A stretch of 64,000 nt of DNA from Mobula hypostoma (lineage: Eukaryota): contig NC_086106.1 in assembly GCF_963921235.1 (NCBI RefSeq), positions 21,142,001 to 21,206,000 of the forward strand, written 5' to 3'. The notes beneath the pieces were generated by a model that had not been told where the DNA came from, searched no databases, and saw only the letters and a program-made list of their open reading frames with translations. Made by a program: the position numbers and the translations under genes. Below are positions 1 to 14,289 of the stretch, one piece after another; the stretch's first letter is position 1, and each line of letters starts with the position of its first letter.

Positions 1-660
1 CTCTGGCTGCTTAGCCTCCCATTTCAGAATATTGTGGGCGCATTCATAAAGAACAGGAACCCTGGGAACTGGAAGGTAAATTACCATCCGTGTTTCTTTG
101 TTCGCATCCACAGAAACAACGACGTCTCCCTGGAAATATAGAATCCCGTATTACTGCTACCATCCTCTTCCATTCCCTGTCCTTCTGAGCACAGGCCAGA
201 CTCAGTGCCAGAGGCACGGCCACTCTTTCTTCACCCAGGTAGTTCGTCCCCTCAAAAGTACTCAAAATGAAGCACTTACTGTTATGGGGGTGGGTGTGAT
301 CATAGGTGTGCTCTCCACTTCTCGACGCGCACCCTAAATTCTCCTGGCAGTTAGCCTTATCTGCCTCCTGTGCCCCTGGGGTAACTACCTGCTTATATGT
401 CCTATTGTTCACCTCCTCACTTTCCCAACTCAGCCTTCCCCAATCGAGCTTCAGCTCCAGTTCCCTAACTTGGTCTCTAGGGAGCTGCAGTACGATACGC
501 CTGTCACTGTTTTGGCCATCAAGGTGGCTGGAAGTCTCCCCGACATGCTATATCAGACAGATAGAGCGGGAACTTATGGGCTTGCAGTCATACCCACTAT
601 TCCTAAGTCACAGAAACAAGGAAAGATGAATGCAACTTACCCCCATACCGAGTGTAGGGG
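1..660 (-). mobile_element. CR1 LINE 5'/ORF1 fragment, degenerate
   Basis: The minus strand near 1-100 reads HNILKWEAKQPE, matching the esterase-like ORF1 region seen in the other CR1 copies here (e.g. ILKSEGEHPEVVVHVGTND at 32.7 kb). Confidence 0.65.
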
Positions 661-1999
661 AATACTCACCGATAGCCCGATGAGCAAATGCTCTGACTAA
701 CGCTACTCTGAAGACTCTACTTCGACGACCGCTTCGTGAGGTAGTGCCTGCCTTTAATCCATGAACCGTATCAGTTGCTTCGCGGGATGATGAGCTAATG
801 TGTTTATGCACTTCTCCCAATAGAATACAGATTTTCTTTACTTACCAGCTGTTCATTGCTATATAGTAATTCAATTCCATTATGTTTTTAATAAAAACTC
901 CGTAAACCCTCGTGGTACGTTATGCTGAATTGTTGACTAATACCCATAGTGCATATTCGATCCCTCACAATGACTAACACTCAGCAGTTTCACTGACCCT
1001 GCCTGATAAGTAATGGGTCGCCCACTACGGCAGAATATCTGCATCGTCATTCCGTGCAAAGTTACAATATTCCAGAAAAACTTTGATGTCATGTCTTTCT
1101 CGAATTTGAAGAACGGGAGGAAATGTAACTAGTGCCCCTTTAACAAGCAGTGGGTATAGATGAGACGGAATTCTGTCGCAATTAGGAAGTGCAATTTGAA
1201 AACCTACATGTCAGTGAAACCGGGAAATTTTAATGACAGAGCGTGTTGTGTAACAACAGGCAAACTAACAGTTCTCTTATTGATAATATAGTACAACATA
1301 ACTCTAGTTCTGTTGGGGAAAATGAAATCAGTTTGTAAGTAATCGAACAGGTTTTTGTTTAAGGAAAACGTTCCTGGAGATGTTGGGGGACATTTAGAAT
1401 TTGTTGGAATGATCAAGATGAAGAATGGGCGGTTGCAAATGTTATTCCTTTGATCAAGAAATGTTGTATGGGTATCACTTGGCATTACAGACCTGTTGTC
1501 CTAAGTACACAATTCAGCAATGAAAGAAAAATGTGGACTGGGGATAGGGAAAGGTTAGAACCATAGTAGGATAAATTAAAATATCGACAGGATATCGTGG
1601 GATTAATTAACTGTACTGCGCTGTACTACTCCGTGTTCTATGCCTTCGCTCCTACGAACATCAGTTTGAAGTACCTCTGGCTGGAATAAGAGAGCAGATT
1701 CTCAGTACTTGGTCAGAATGGAGAATACTTCATGTTACAGCTTCATTTATTAAGTCAATTTGTTGTGTTTCAGCAGCTAATTTATGACATTATATTAGTT
1801 GAACAAACACACGAATGAGTAGAAGTAATGAAGAAAATGCAATGAACTTTGTGGAAAAAATACTTATGAAATAAAATACATTTGACTAAAATATTTCAAT
1901 CCGTGTTTTTTTCATAAAATGACAAAGTAGATAGGGTTATTCCTCACTCTAAAGTGAAGGTTTTCATCTTTTCAAACATTTGATACAATTCTTCACCTA

Positions 2000-3600
2000 C
2001 AACACCCGTAGGTTATGCAAGGTCTTCACGCCATCTCAGACGTAAACGCTAAAAACAATGGTGTTTCCAACATCGTTGTCTCTCTCCTGGACGAGCTAAA
2101 TCTTTTTTTGACGCTCGGTTCGATATCTCCAACACTGGCTTCGCGAGGACAGCTGACGAAGCAACCAGCCTTTATTTCTAACACAAGGCTGTGATTTCAG
2201 ACGGCATCTCTGCACAGGTACTCAGGATGTGCGTGGCAGAAAGGACAGGTGTGCATAAAAATAATTTTAATCTCTCCCCCTCAACAGTGTAGAGTACCCT
2301 CCTGATTCAAAACATCCACCATTGTCCCTGTACCCAGAAAGTCCAAGGTAACATGATGAACGACTGGCGTTCTGCCGCACTCTCTCAGTTTAGAGAGAGT
2401 TCTGCTACAGACTATCTACCGTTGTCCCGGTAACCAAAAGCAGCAAGGTAACATGTCTGAACGACAAGCGTCCTGTTGTACTTACCTCAATAATAAGCAA
2501 ATGCTTCGAAAAGCCGGTCAAGGACGACATCTAGAACATGCAAACAGGCACACTGGACCCCGCTACAATTCGGTTACCGACACAGCCGACCGAAAGAAGA
2601 CGCAACAGCGTCCTTACACGCCTGGACAAGAAGGATCCTTATGTCATAATGTTGTTCTTGGAGTATATTTCAGCATTCAGTACTATAATTATCCCCGGGC
2701 TCGACAACAAGCCCAGAGACCTCGGCTTTCACCCTGCCTTGTGCAGCCGGATTCTATCAGATCGTCGGGAGGTGGTAATGACAGGCTCCCTCTGCTATGT
2801 CCTTCGGACAATCAAAACAGGTGGCCGTCCGAACTGTGTCCTAAGCCCCCTCATTTACCTTCTAAACCCATGAGTGTGTCGGCAACAGCAGCTCATTAAT
2901 TTTGCTGTCGGTAAAGCATTGATTGGCTTAATCTTAAATAATAACGTGATGGCCTACAGAGGAAAAAAAAAATGTCACCGCGACACATTAGTGTCAAGAG
3001 AGCAATCTCTTCCTCAATGTCGAGAAAAAAAAAGAGCTGATTGTGTATTACAGGAGAAATATACACAGGCCAGCTATTGAAATCAATGGTTCTGGGGTTG
3101 ATATGGCGAACAGCTTTCAGTTCCTCGGAATATACATCACCGAGGATCACATGAGGTCCGTGCATACCAGCTGTATGGTGGGGGGGGAAAAAAATAAAAA
3201 AAAAAATAAAAAAAAAACAGAACAGCGATTCTCTCTATCCAGACGGTTGAAGAAGTTTGGTATGAACTTTCAAATCCTAAGAACTTTCTACAGGGGCACA
3301 AATAAAAGCATCCTATCTAGTTGCATCAGTGACTGCTATGGGAACTGTACATCCCTCAATCACAGGACACTGCAGAGGGCGTTGCGCACTTCCACACTAT
3401 CGAGGACTTTTACCAATACAGGTGTGTGAAAAGTGTCTGAAGGAACATTGAGCACACGAGTCCCCCAACCACAAACTGTTCCAGCTGCTACCATCCCGTC
3501 AAAGGTAGAGCAGCATAAACATCAGGAGTAACAGGCTCAGGGACAGCTTCTTCCACCAGGCCATCAGTCTGATATATTCACGGTGATTCAATTGTACGTC
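2000..3600 (+). mobile_element. Rex/Babar (L2-related) LINE RT fragment, frameshifted
   Basis: Translations include FKTSTIVPVPRKSKVT, LDKKDPYVIMLFLEYISAFSTII, SFQFLGIYITED and LKKFGMNFQILRTFYRGT, typical of RT and post-RT motifs of this group. Confidence 0.75.
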
Positions 3601-6600
3601 TAAGTTATATGTCTGTCCTTCTTGTATATGCTACTTATTTGGAACTATACAAATCGCACATTGCCTACTTAACGGGAGAGGTAACGTAAAGATGTTTATT
3701 CCTAATGTATGTGAAGAATGTAGTCAAATCCAGCCAAATCAAATCACATCACAGGACGTTTGCAGATCAGAAGTAACCGACAGGTGTCTAGTTAGCTGGT
3801 TGGCAGAGAGGTCATGCATCCCTCGATCTAAATATTAACGTTGATCTCTGAATAGCACGACTGACACTTCAGAAGCCTTAAGTGTCGGCTCCGCGTGACT
3901 AGATTGCTCAAATTATTAATCTTCAACCTTTCAGAAGACCTTCGAAATATTTTGCTCTCCTTCACTTAAAACATAGTTCAAAATATGTCTACATTGCATG
4001 TTGAGTACGGTACACACATTTAGATAAACACACAGAAAAACCGCAGATGTAATTGTCATCTAACCTCTCCTTGTGGTAGTTGTAGGCAAAACTTAGAGAA
4101 ACATGAGGGTTTGAACTGATAAAACGGAAATTTCGACATAAATTTGCACAACGAAAATTGAGTTGCATACATGCTTCGTCACCTTTATAGGTTGCTGAAA
4201 GGTCTGAATGAAGTTAAATTAACCTTTCACTTTCTTATTAGATGATGGCCTCTGTAAGCCATGACACCAAATTATATACACCATGTTGATTCTACCACAG
4301 CTGCACGTCACTGATCTTCGAACACTGGAAACAACTCGTCTGATATCGTGGCATACATTTCGCCGAATTCCTAATATCTATAAAATCTGTCAGTTCGCAT
4401 TACACCAAACCAAGTTTTCATCAAGGTGAAAAGAAATAGTTCTCTAACGTGTAATATAGCTTTCGATAGATGAAGACAATAAGGAGAGATTGGATTTCTT
4501 TGCCAAATCCGCATCGAATTATCGAAATATAGAGTGAGATGCATCATTTTTCCGTCAACGCCCAATGGAGTTTGAGCATTCTATTGGGGCGACCCACATG
4601 TGATGGGATGTTTGCGGTTCGAAAAGACCATGTCCACTAGCTGTAACCGTATACCTTTTGAATGTGGTAGGAAACTGGAGAACGCGGAGGAAATCCTCGC
4701 GGTAACAAAGAGATTGTAGAAATTACAGGTAGCACGGAATAGATTTCTCGGTTTAGTTGCCCAGTGTTTGTGCTAACCAAACCGATACCGTGCTGCCTTA
4801 TATTGGTTGTTATCATATAAATTTGAGTCGGCTTGGATTATGGAATTATTGAAACCATTGTTATATGATCTATTAAGCTGTGGCTGAGCTATAGCTTTTT
4901 TTGTATTTGTGTCTAATTGCTTTCAGCGTGTTTTCTTTCGTCCTATTGCAAACCTTTAATGCCAATTCTTCATCCTGAGATGCCATGAACAGTTTCGACA
5001 GTGACCAGTCTGGAGTGAAATATAGGGAAATCTCTCAACGTTTCTGCTTTTCTCATGGCGTGCGGTTCTGTGATGTGGGATGTGGAGTAGCTTTGGTGGT
5101 CAATATTTACATATGATGGACTGTATTTGCGAGTTAATATTCCAGAAATGTTGTTGAATTCCTGGAGTCTCACGTTACAACAGGATATAGATGAGTTGCA
5201 GATGTAGATGTAGAAATGTTAAATGGAGTTTATTCGTGGTGTATGTAAAATGTTGCATTTTTGGCAATCAAATGAAGGTCCAGATGTTAACGCAGGGATC
5301 AAAAGGAAACTATCATGAAAGCGGATCGCAGGACCCGCAATGAGACACAGTGATGAAAATACTTATGACAACTTATGGTGATCCGGACAATGTTTCTAAG
5401 TGTTAGTAAATATTCGTAAGTACTTTTGCAGCTATATAACACTTAGTTTTGGCCAAATAATACTATGAGTCCGTACGATTATGAGTAGAATTAGACAATT
5501 TGACCAATCGTTCACTCCACAATTTCGTTGTGGCTACTCCAGTTTCCCTCACCGCTCCAAATACCTTTCCTGTCCCTGTATCCCTACATGCCCTGCCTAA
5601 TCAAGAATATATCATCTTCTACCTTAAATATAAATAGAGACATCCCGCCAACATGCACATAGGTTTATTTGGTTTAGAGCAGATTATTGCACTGATTCAC
5701 AGCTATGCAGGGCTATTGGCAAGTTTGGTGTGATGGGGAGCTAGGTTTTGGTAATATTTGTGAAGGAATGTAGAGCAGGGAAAAGTTCCGGAGATATCAG
5801 CCTGGAGAGAAAAAAAAAACAGAAGGTCCCTGAAATTGATACATTTGCCTCATTGTGTGGTATTAAGCGCACGTGAGCATTCTGCATCAGGACATTGTAA
5901 CTGTCTTTTCTACGTTCCAGGACATGAACACAATCAAATTTGCTGAAGTTCCATTTCATCACCCCTCCATCCAATATTCACATGAGTATATGTCAACACA
6001 AATCGTAAAATGCGCAGTGAATTGTCATTGTCGATTTTGCAAGCCGAAATGGAGGAAAACACACACACACACAACTGTACGTAGCAGGCTGCAAGACAAT
6101 TGTTTCCTTATACATTTTTTCCTTGTGTTTGCAGCAATGTTCGATCAACCCTCCGCGATGATGCGCTCTGCAGAACATTCCGGTTACATGTAAATACTCG
6201 AGATTTCTTAGTACTTTGAATGTATTTTGTTGCTCATATGTGGCATCTGAAACGTAAAGGAAAGAAAAAAAAAGAAACAGCCACAATCATCGAGAGCATC
6301 GGGAAAATATGCACGTATAAATCAATCAGATATTTTACACCAACACATTTTTGTCAAATCAATCACGCAGTATATTCGTAGTTGATGTGGCCATATTATA
6401 TTTCATTCTTCTTAGAAGTTTATGATTACCTGGCTATATATATTATCAGAAATTGTTTCTCTCTTTGGTTCATTCCTCCAGTAAATCCCATTAACCACCA
6501 TGGGTGAAGACGAGAAGTTGAAAAGAAAACTTAAAGGATTTATTAAAGAAAAAATATTTTTGAGACACTCTGACATTCTCCACTCCTCGCCTATATGTAT

Positions 6601-6899
6601 CACTGCTGCTAACACATCGGCAGCATGATCGATTCCCTCTCTGATAACAATATGATTGCATGTACCGCCTGATTTTAGCACAGCGTCTCATATAATCTAT
6701 ATCGCTATATTCACTATTGCCTTGAATTCTATGACAGGAGCTGCACTGCTTTGTTCTGAGAAAAAGATAAACCCTGCAATGGTCCAGTAATTGTTGCATT
6801 GAATTTGGTTAGAAGATTTTTTTTTTTAATCGACCGCACACATAAAAGATCTGCATCTGATTGTTTTCGGTGCCCAAGACAAGCTACTTGAATTCGCCG

Positions 6900-7330
6900 G
6901 TCTAGTGTTAAGTCCATCGATAGCTGCATTATGCTCGGATGATACCGGAACAGGAGGATATGAATTACCGGGACATATTGAATAGGTTAGAACTTTATTC
7001 CCTATTACGAAAAAGAATGAGGGAGATTTAATAGAGGTATACAACAATAATATAGGGTATGGATATGAGGGAAAGAGGGCATGTCCACTCTGGTGGCATG
7101 AGATTAGAATTAGATGTCATGCATAAAAGGTGAAAGGTGATTTGTTAAAAAGGAAAGGGGTTGGGTCGAAACCTATTTACTCATAAAGTGGTGAGAATGT
7201 AAAAAGAGCTGCAAGTGCAATTAGTAGATGTGAGTTATATTTCAAAGTTGAAGGGACGGATGGATTGGAAAATCGTAGACCGATATTGTCCCGGTGCAGG
7301 TGGATGGGAGTAGAAGGCTGATATGGAAAG
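6900..7330 (+). mobile_element. CR1 LINE 3' end, degenerate
   Basis: Similar to the ORF2 C-terminus and 3' UTR of the other CR1 copies in the window (gagggagatttaatagaggtatac). Confidence 0.6.
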
Positions 7331-7734
7331 TCTAAAGTCAATTCTTAAATAATTTTCACTTTCTTAAATGCAATGATTTTTTCCCTGTTCGTTACGTGAT
7401 GGTTATCAACAACATAAAACGTATTACTTAATAATTTAGCAATCTAGTGCGGTTAGGGCCTCGGAACCCAATCAGTCACCAGAAAAAAACAGTCACCAAT
7501 TTCATGCCAGCTTAATCACAGAACAATTTACAGTAGAAGTACGTCATTATAGCTCCTGTGGGGAAGATCGGCGCACTGGAGAAAATCCACGCCCTCACGC
7601 AAGGATTCACAAGTTTCTTACAGTGGACAGTACTTGAAACTGTGACGTACTGAGCTGTGATAACATTGCGCTAACTGCGGCGCCCCACTGAACATTGACG
7701 TACAAAATATTACATGGTTATTTAAAACCTCATT

Positions 7735-9320
7735 GCCTATAAGAAGTATTCACACTACCGGGGCTATTATGTTCTACTCTTTTATAGCATTGACTCACAG
7801 TGGACTTAATTTGCCTTTTTTGACACTGATCAACAGAAAAAGACTTCTTGTCAAAGTGAAAACATGTCTCCAAATGTGCTGTAGGTTAATTACAAATATA
7901 AAATGTAAAATGATTGATTGCATAAGTATTCACTCCCAGTTAATATGAAACACCCAGTCATCACTGGTAGAGCCAATTGGTTTCAAAAGTCATAATTATT
8001 GAAATAGAGATTTGCTTTTGCAGACATGTGTGTATTCAAAGTATTTAAATTGATAGTAGTTTAAAAAACAAACAAACAAACAAACACACAAATAAACAAA
8101 AGACAGTATCTGGAACATTGAACTGCTGGTAAATCATCATCCTGATAGAAACTACATCATGATGACAAAAGAACACTCCAAGCAACTCTGCAAAGATGTT
8201 ATTTAAGAAGGCAAGTGAAGAAATGGATACAAGGACATTTTATAATCACTGAATATCTCGGGGAATATTTAAGTTCCTCGTGAAAAAATGGAAACAATAT
8301 GGTACAGCTGTAAATCTGCCCAGAGCTGGCCTTCCTCAAAACCTAAGTGACCGTGGAAACAGCGGGCTAGTGACGGAGAACAACAAGAGATTTATGACAA
8401 CTGTGGTTGAGTTACGAAATTCAATGGCGGAGATGGAAGAGATTGCTCATACAACAACTGTTGTCGGAGTTTTTCAACAATCGCAGCTTTATGTGAGCGT
8501 GGCAAAGAGAAAACGTGAAATCTCAGCTAGAGTTCTCCGGCAGACATGTGGGAAAGTCTGACGTCAGATGAAGGCAGTTCGTATGGGCTGATAATGAAAA
8601 GAAAAAGACATTTTGGCCATAAGACTAAACGCTATGTTTGGTCAAACCAGGTCTAGATATGTGATCAAAATGAATTACAAATATAAAACACAACATAATT
8701 GATTGCATAAGTATTCACATCCATTTAATATGACACAACAAATCATTACTGAGGCAGTGAATTGCTGTTAGAAGTCACATATTTATTGAAATGGAATCTG
8801 TCACTCAATTACCTTGTGTTTTATATTTTTTTAATTAAATTAGATCAAATGTGGGGACCTGTTCTCACTTTGACACGAAAGATGCTTTCTCTGTTGATCA
8901 GTGCCAAAAAAATCCAAAATAAGTCCTCTGTGATTTAATGCTATAAAAGAGTTAGGAAATTAAAACTTCGCAGGTGGGGTGAACGGAGGAGAACTACTAT
9001 TTGGGCGATGATTTGTTTTACAGCAATACAATGACTCCAAACATTACGCCAAAGCTACACCGTAATGGCATAAATTCAACAGCGTTCATGTCCTGGAGTT
9101 CAGACCTCAATCCAAATTCAGAATTTGTGGCTGGACCTGTGAAGGACTGCTCACCTACGATGCTCATGCAATCTTACAGAGCTTAAGCAATGGCCAAATA
9201 TGCAAAGATCGTAGAGACCTATCCATACAGCTTCAGCGCAGTAACAATCAACTGTGCATCTTTTAAATACCAACTTGAAGGAGCTGAATTCTTAAGCAAT
9301 CAATTATTTAATGCATTATA
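7735..9320 (+). mobile_element. Tc1/mariner DNA transposon, decayed, with internal TIR-derived segment
   Basis: KKWKQYGTAVNLPRAGLPQNLSDR...VAKRK (8280-8561) is the Tc1 HTH region, and the 9001-9186 region resembles the DDE segment (SSDLNP for SPDLNPIE). 7740-7900 is an inverted repeat of 8810-8985. The motif ttgattgcataagtattcac recurs at about 7915 and 8700. Confidence 0.85.
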
Positions 9321-9334
9321 TTTGTAATTAATGC

Positions 9335-9900
9335 GTCAGTGGTATGGAAGTCAAATGCGATGTCAGCATTCATTTCATCAGGACGAGAAATTCAAAACAA
9401 GGTTGCAATGTTGAGTCGTCAGAAAGTACTGGTGACGGCGCATTTGGAGTACTCTGAACAGTCTTGGGCCCCTTACCGTAGGAATAGTGTGCTAAAACTG
9501 GAGGGGATTCCAAGGAGTTGCCCGAAAATTATTTCAAGTTTCAACGGCATGAGATCTGGAATCTTTGATGCCTCTAGGCCTCTATTCACTGGAATTGAGA
9601 AGAAAGGCGTGTCACCTTATTGAAACCTATCGTATGGTAAACGACCTTGACAAAGTGGGTGTGGAGAGGATGTATTCTATGGTGAAAGATCTAAGACCGG
9701 TTGACACAGCCTCAGAGTTCCTTTCGGAACGGAAATGCGGAGGTATATATTTAGCCAAACAGTGGCGAATAGCTGGAATTCGATGCACGGGCAGAAGTGG
9801 AGGCCGTCTGTATTTATATTGAAGGCTGAGATTGATAGATTCTTGATTCGTTAGAGCACGAAGGGATACGGGGAAAGGCAGGAGATTTGGACTGGAAAGA
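9335..9900 (+). mobile_element. CR1 LINE 3' end
   Basis: KSNAMSAFIS and LGLYSLELRR match the CR1 ORF2 C-terminus. Confidence 0.75.
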
Positions 9901-11499
9901 GAAATGTACCAGCTGAAGCTGATTCCTTACCTTGTTGTCTATGAGGAGCGGGTGCAGCGTATATGAAACTATAGTGTCAATAAATGCAGAGGAGGCTTGA
10001 CCCACAAGTAGAATAGCGGGAAGCATTTAGATGTGACAAATAACTGTAACACAGGACTGCGAAATAACTAGCCAGGGGCTGTAGAGTAGGAGAGTTCAAA
10101 TACGTATTAGAGCAAGGGTGAAAAAAAAAAAGTAATTGAAAGCTAGAAGAAACTGACTGCGGATGGCAGGTTGGTAGGAGTGAACAACAATTTTGGATGA
10201 GAGCTGGATTTAAATGGACTGCATGTGATCAGCTGGAAACTAGTGAATCGTGAATTTGCTAATTTGTTGGACAGTCTGCGATAGATGCTTATGCCTGCCG
10301 AACTGGATCCCCGATCATACACCTGAAAACCGAGAGTCCAGGAGTGGTCTGTTGGATAGCCTTGACGAGCAACGAATCCAAAGTGGAACTGAGGACCTGA
10401 TCTTCTGGACGTTCCCTTCCCATTCGACCAGATATTGCATAGGCAATCTATGCGAGGTCAACCCATTAACAGTGGAGTTCTGTACAGTAGACCCACTTTC
10501 ATCATCCTTGGTTCCGCATGTGCAGACTCAGGAATACTAAGTGATCCCTACTCAACTGCAGGACACGTGGCAGGTAGGTGTAACCTGACAGGTGGTCACA
10601 CCTGGAGATGCTTGGTGACAGGAGTGATGCAATGGATAATCTAATAATACCAATCAACCAGGGTGACAGGTTTGGGGAGTCGGTGAGAAGGGTTCAGATC
10701 TCGGATAGAAAACCAGAACCTGTCTCCAGGCCGAAGCAGACTGGCTGATAGCCTGGCGGAGATAGACTTGGTTGGCAACAAGGTAGCTGTCTGTACCCTC
10801 TTCGAAGCATTCCGGCATTGGCAAACCAGCACGCTGGTGGGCTAGATTATCAACGTTGCCTCTATTGTGCGCAAAATGGATCCCTTATGAAGAAATGACT
10901 GAACAGACGATATCACCTATTTGACCACTTATCTTATGGTCTAAGCGGAGCTAGGTGCAACACGGACCCAACTATGTGTGCCAGGAAATGCAGAGGAGGC
11001 TTGACCTAAACGTAAAGTAACGGGGACGATAGGGCGTCGGAAGCACTTCAAAATATAATATACTCATCGCAGAGGAGGTCTTCATATTGTGAAATTGTTC
11101 GGCTGTGGGCAGATACTTCTTCAATGTGGAAGTGTTAGAGGCAGCAGAGCTTCGCAGAAACTACTCTATTCGCTGATGCATCTTACATCCCAAGTTGTAT
11201 TTTTCTGACCATCCATTGAACTGCTGATGATTCCCAGATATCTAATTGACTGTGGTGCGAACGATGGGCCAGGTCTACTCAGAGGCAAGTGACCAATTGC
11301 GGGCCCCATTAGACACAATGTCCTGGGAACTGCCATGGAGGCGAATTACGCAATGGAGAACTAGGTTCGCTTCTCAGCGACCGACGGAAGATTACTGCCA
11401 ATGAAGGGGACTTCACAGTTCAACACTCTCATAATTATTGTGGCCCCAACGGGGGGTGACTAATCCATGATGCAATCCATAGAGATGTGGGAGCATGGG

Positions 11500-12700
11500 A
11501 GTCGAGTGACCACCAGAGCGCGCAGCTACGTGGAGGGCCCCTGGTTAGATAAATTGAACCGAGCACATTGAGGCAGGCAGCGCAGAACTGAAGTATTATT
11601 GGCGATCATGGCGGTCTTCGAAAGCAGTCAAAATTTCTGGCCTTCAGGTTTTCCCTTAACCAATTTCTCCAATATACCAAACCCAATTGATGGCGACATT
11701 TTCCCGGTTTCTTACTCCGTTACGGCACAGTATCACTTTGATATTGCGCGGGAAGGCACAAGGGTTCGTTTTCCTTTCCCTCCTCAGTGGGAGAAAGGTC
11801 CGGAGGGATTTGAATCCCGATAATGGAAGCCGTGGTGAAATTCCTCTTAAGATTCAAGAAAGCGTTGTCTTTGGCAGCATACCAGGTTATACAGGAGGGT
11901 GGTGAGAGGAACACCTATTTACCTGCAGGTACTAATTAACTGTTGGCAAAGGTTATAGAAGTTCAAGAAATACTACACCTTTTTAAGAAACCACGGTCAC
12001 ATCCATTCAAAGATATCAAGCACTTTCTCGGAGTATATTGTTACGCTTTGTAGTGTAAGGACCTAACACAGGAGGAAACTGACTGATATGTGGAACTGAC
12101 ATTGTTCAACTTGCGGTGCAGCTGGTTTACAAGGATAGGCCGAAGAACCTACAGGACGATACAGTAGAGGACTGGGGTCCTTAGAGTACATAAGGTTGCA
12201 TTCGACGTTGAAGCCGTCATATCTATAAGCATGTCTCAGATCATCTCGTTGATGATGACTAAGAAAACGGCTATACTTTGGAAAGTTAAGAAGTATTCAC
12301 AGTGGCCAGTGGGTGTATTGAACACCGTATTACACTCGTCATCAACCGCGGAGCGATGGGATCAGGATGCCCGTTCCTCACAGAACCAGATTCGAAAAGA
12401 CCTGTGCCGCGCAACGTGTATCAAATGCGCAGTCCATCACGGGGGGGTGGGGCGGATGGAGTTGGGATGGGCGCATGAGGTTCTTAATATTAACTTTGTT
12501 ACATTCACGGCAGTCGATGAAGGGGCGAACATCAGTGTTTTTCTTTTGCACAAAGCAGAATCCTACACCCTCTGGGGTTTAGGATGGTCGAATCTTGTAA
12601 CGCCCCGGCACTATATTTATCATTTGGGTCTCTGGAGTGGAGAGGGGTAATTGAGGAAATCGAGCAGGGCTGGGATATGGAGGATGACGACGGTGAGGTT
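11500..12700 (+). mobile_element. Possible highly decayed LTR-retroelement pol
   Basis: At about 11985-12045 the sequence reads KKPRSHPFKDIKHFLGVYCY, like the RT-thumb P.T...L..FLG...YY motif. No other motif could be confirmed. Confidence 0.35.
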
Positions 12701-14289
12701 CCGTGGTCTGGGAGGCGTTAGAGGTTGGCTCCCCGTTTACTAAAGGCGATGCTAAGCCGAGGCATTCCTCCGATGGTTTGGTGACTCGAGTGATCCCACT
12801 ATCTTCACGGAACACGGGCTAAATTCAGCTCAAATTCCAAGCAGGTGGACCTAACTCAGCAGTGATCTGAATGACTCGGCGAATTAGAGAATAGCCAGGG
12901 TCAACACAAGATGAGAGGGATCTTTTACGAGTCGATCAGGACAAATTGGATCAGATCAGTGTGCTGTCTGCTGTTCACGAGAGCAGGCTGTCTTACGTCC
13001 TGGGACCCTAAGGGAAGTCATCAATGTCCCTGATGCAGAAGTGGTGCGGGATCGGATTGGAAGTGAGTCCAAACTTATAAAACTGAGCCTGGTGCAGTAA
13101 GTTGTTTTCTCAGCCAGAAATTCCAGATCCTTCAGTGTGCGAAGAGCATCGTGCATGTGGATGAGGGCAAAAAGTATGAGTCGGCCTATGCTGTTGCCGA
13201 TGGACTCGGTAGCCTAAAGATGGTAGGCTTCTCCTGTCCACCTTTTGATGCTGTTTACCATACACAGCGAGCATTTTGATGCGTGGGAGATCATCAGCTC
13301 TGTTCAAGTACAGGAGAAGATTCTCCAAAGACGCTCACTTTTGTGCCAGTTAAAGAAGGTACCCTCAGTTGTGTGGTTTTCCGAGGCGTTGCTGCTGAGC
13401 GTTCTGCAGTCAAAAATTGTTCATAGACGGAAGTGTGGTGCCAACTGATGATCTGGACGTTCGATTTATATTAGGCCCGTCAATTCGCAGAGCTGGAGGT
13501 AAAAGAGCTCTCGAAGACGGTGGGCATCTTCCCGGTAGACAGCTCGCGTGTCAAGCTCTCCGAGAAGCCATGATGGCAATGAGCCAGTAGCAGTTCCATA
13601 TACTCCCATACTCCTCTGAGAGAGTAGAGCGACTACATTCCAACGTACCTTATTGGGGTACAGCAGCAACAAGTTCCCAGTGACCTAATTCTTGCTCCAA
13701 TTGCAGCCACATTTTTGAATATTAAGCACGTTCTATCGCCAAATACGGAAACCCAGCAATAAGTTTCTCCGGTAGCTCTCTTCCAATTCCATAGGTAATA
13801 GGATGATTACGGAACATATATCGCTTTGAACACAGTGGAAACTAATGCTCGAAATAAAACAGCATATTAATAATCTGAACATGTCCTGCGAAAAAAAAAT
13901 AAAAGCATAAAAGCTGGAAACATTTTCCCAGATGCAATACTGGACCAGATGCTTCACACACAAAAAAAAAAATGCACAATGAATAAGGTCAACGGCAATA
14001 GTATAAAAGCAGAAAAAGCTATAGAAATCCGAAGCAATCAAGTATGCTACAGTATCCTGCAGCATTCTAACACAATCTGATTCCTTACACAGACAACCTG
14101 AAGCGGCAAGCATAATTCACCAGAACACAAGCGCAGAAGCAAAGCATGCCTTACTATTAATAGAAGACTGAACCATGTTTAGAGTCAGAATCCTGCAAAT
14201 AAAGTTACGACTGATCCTTTATTACAGGTAGGATAATCCGCAATAACTGTTCTCATATAATGCTATAGGATAAATTAGCAACAATCAAA

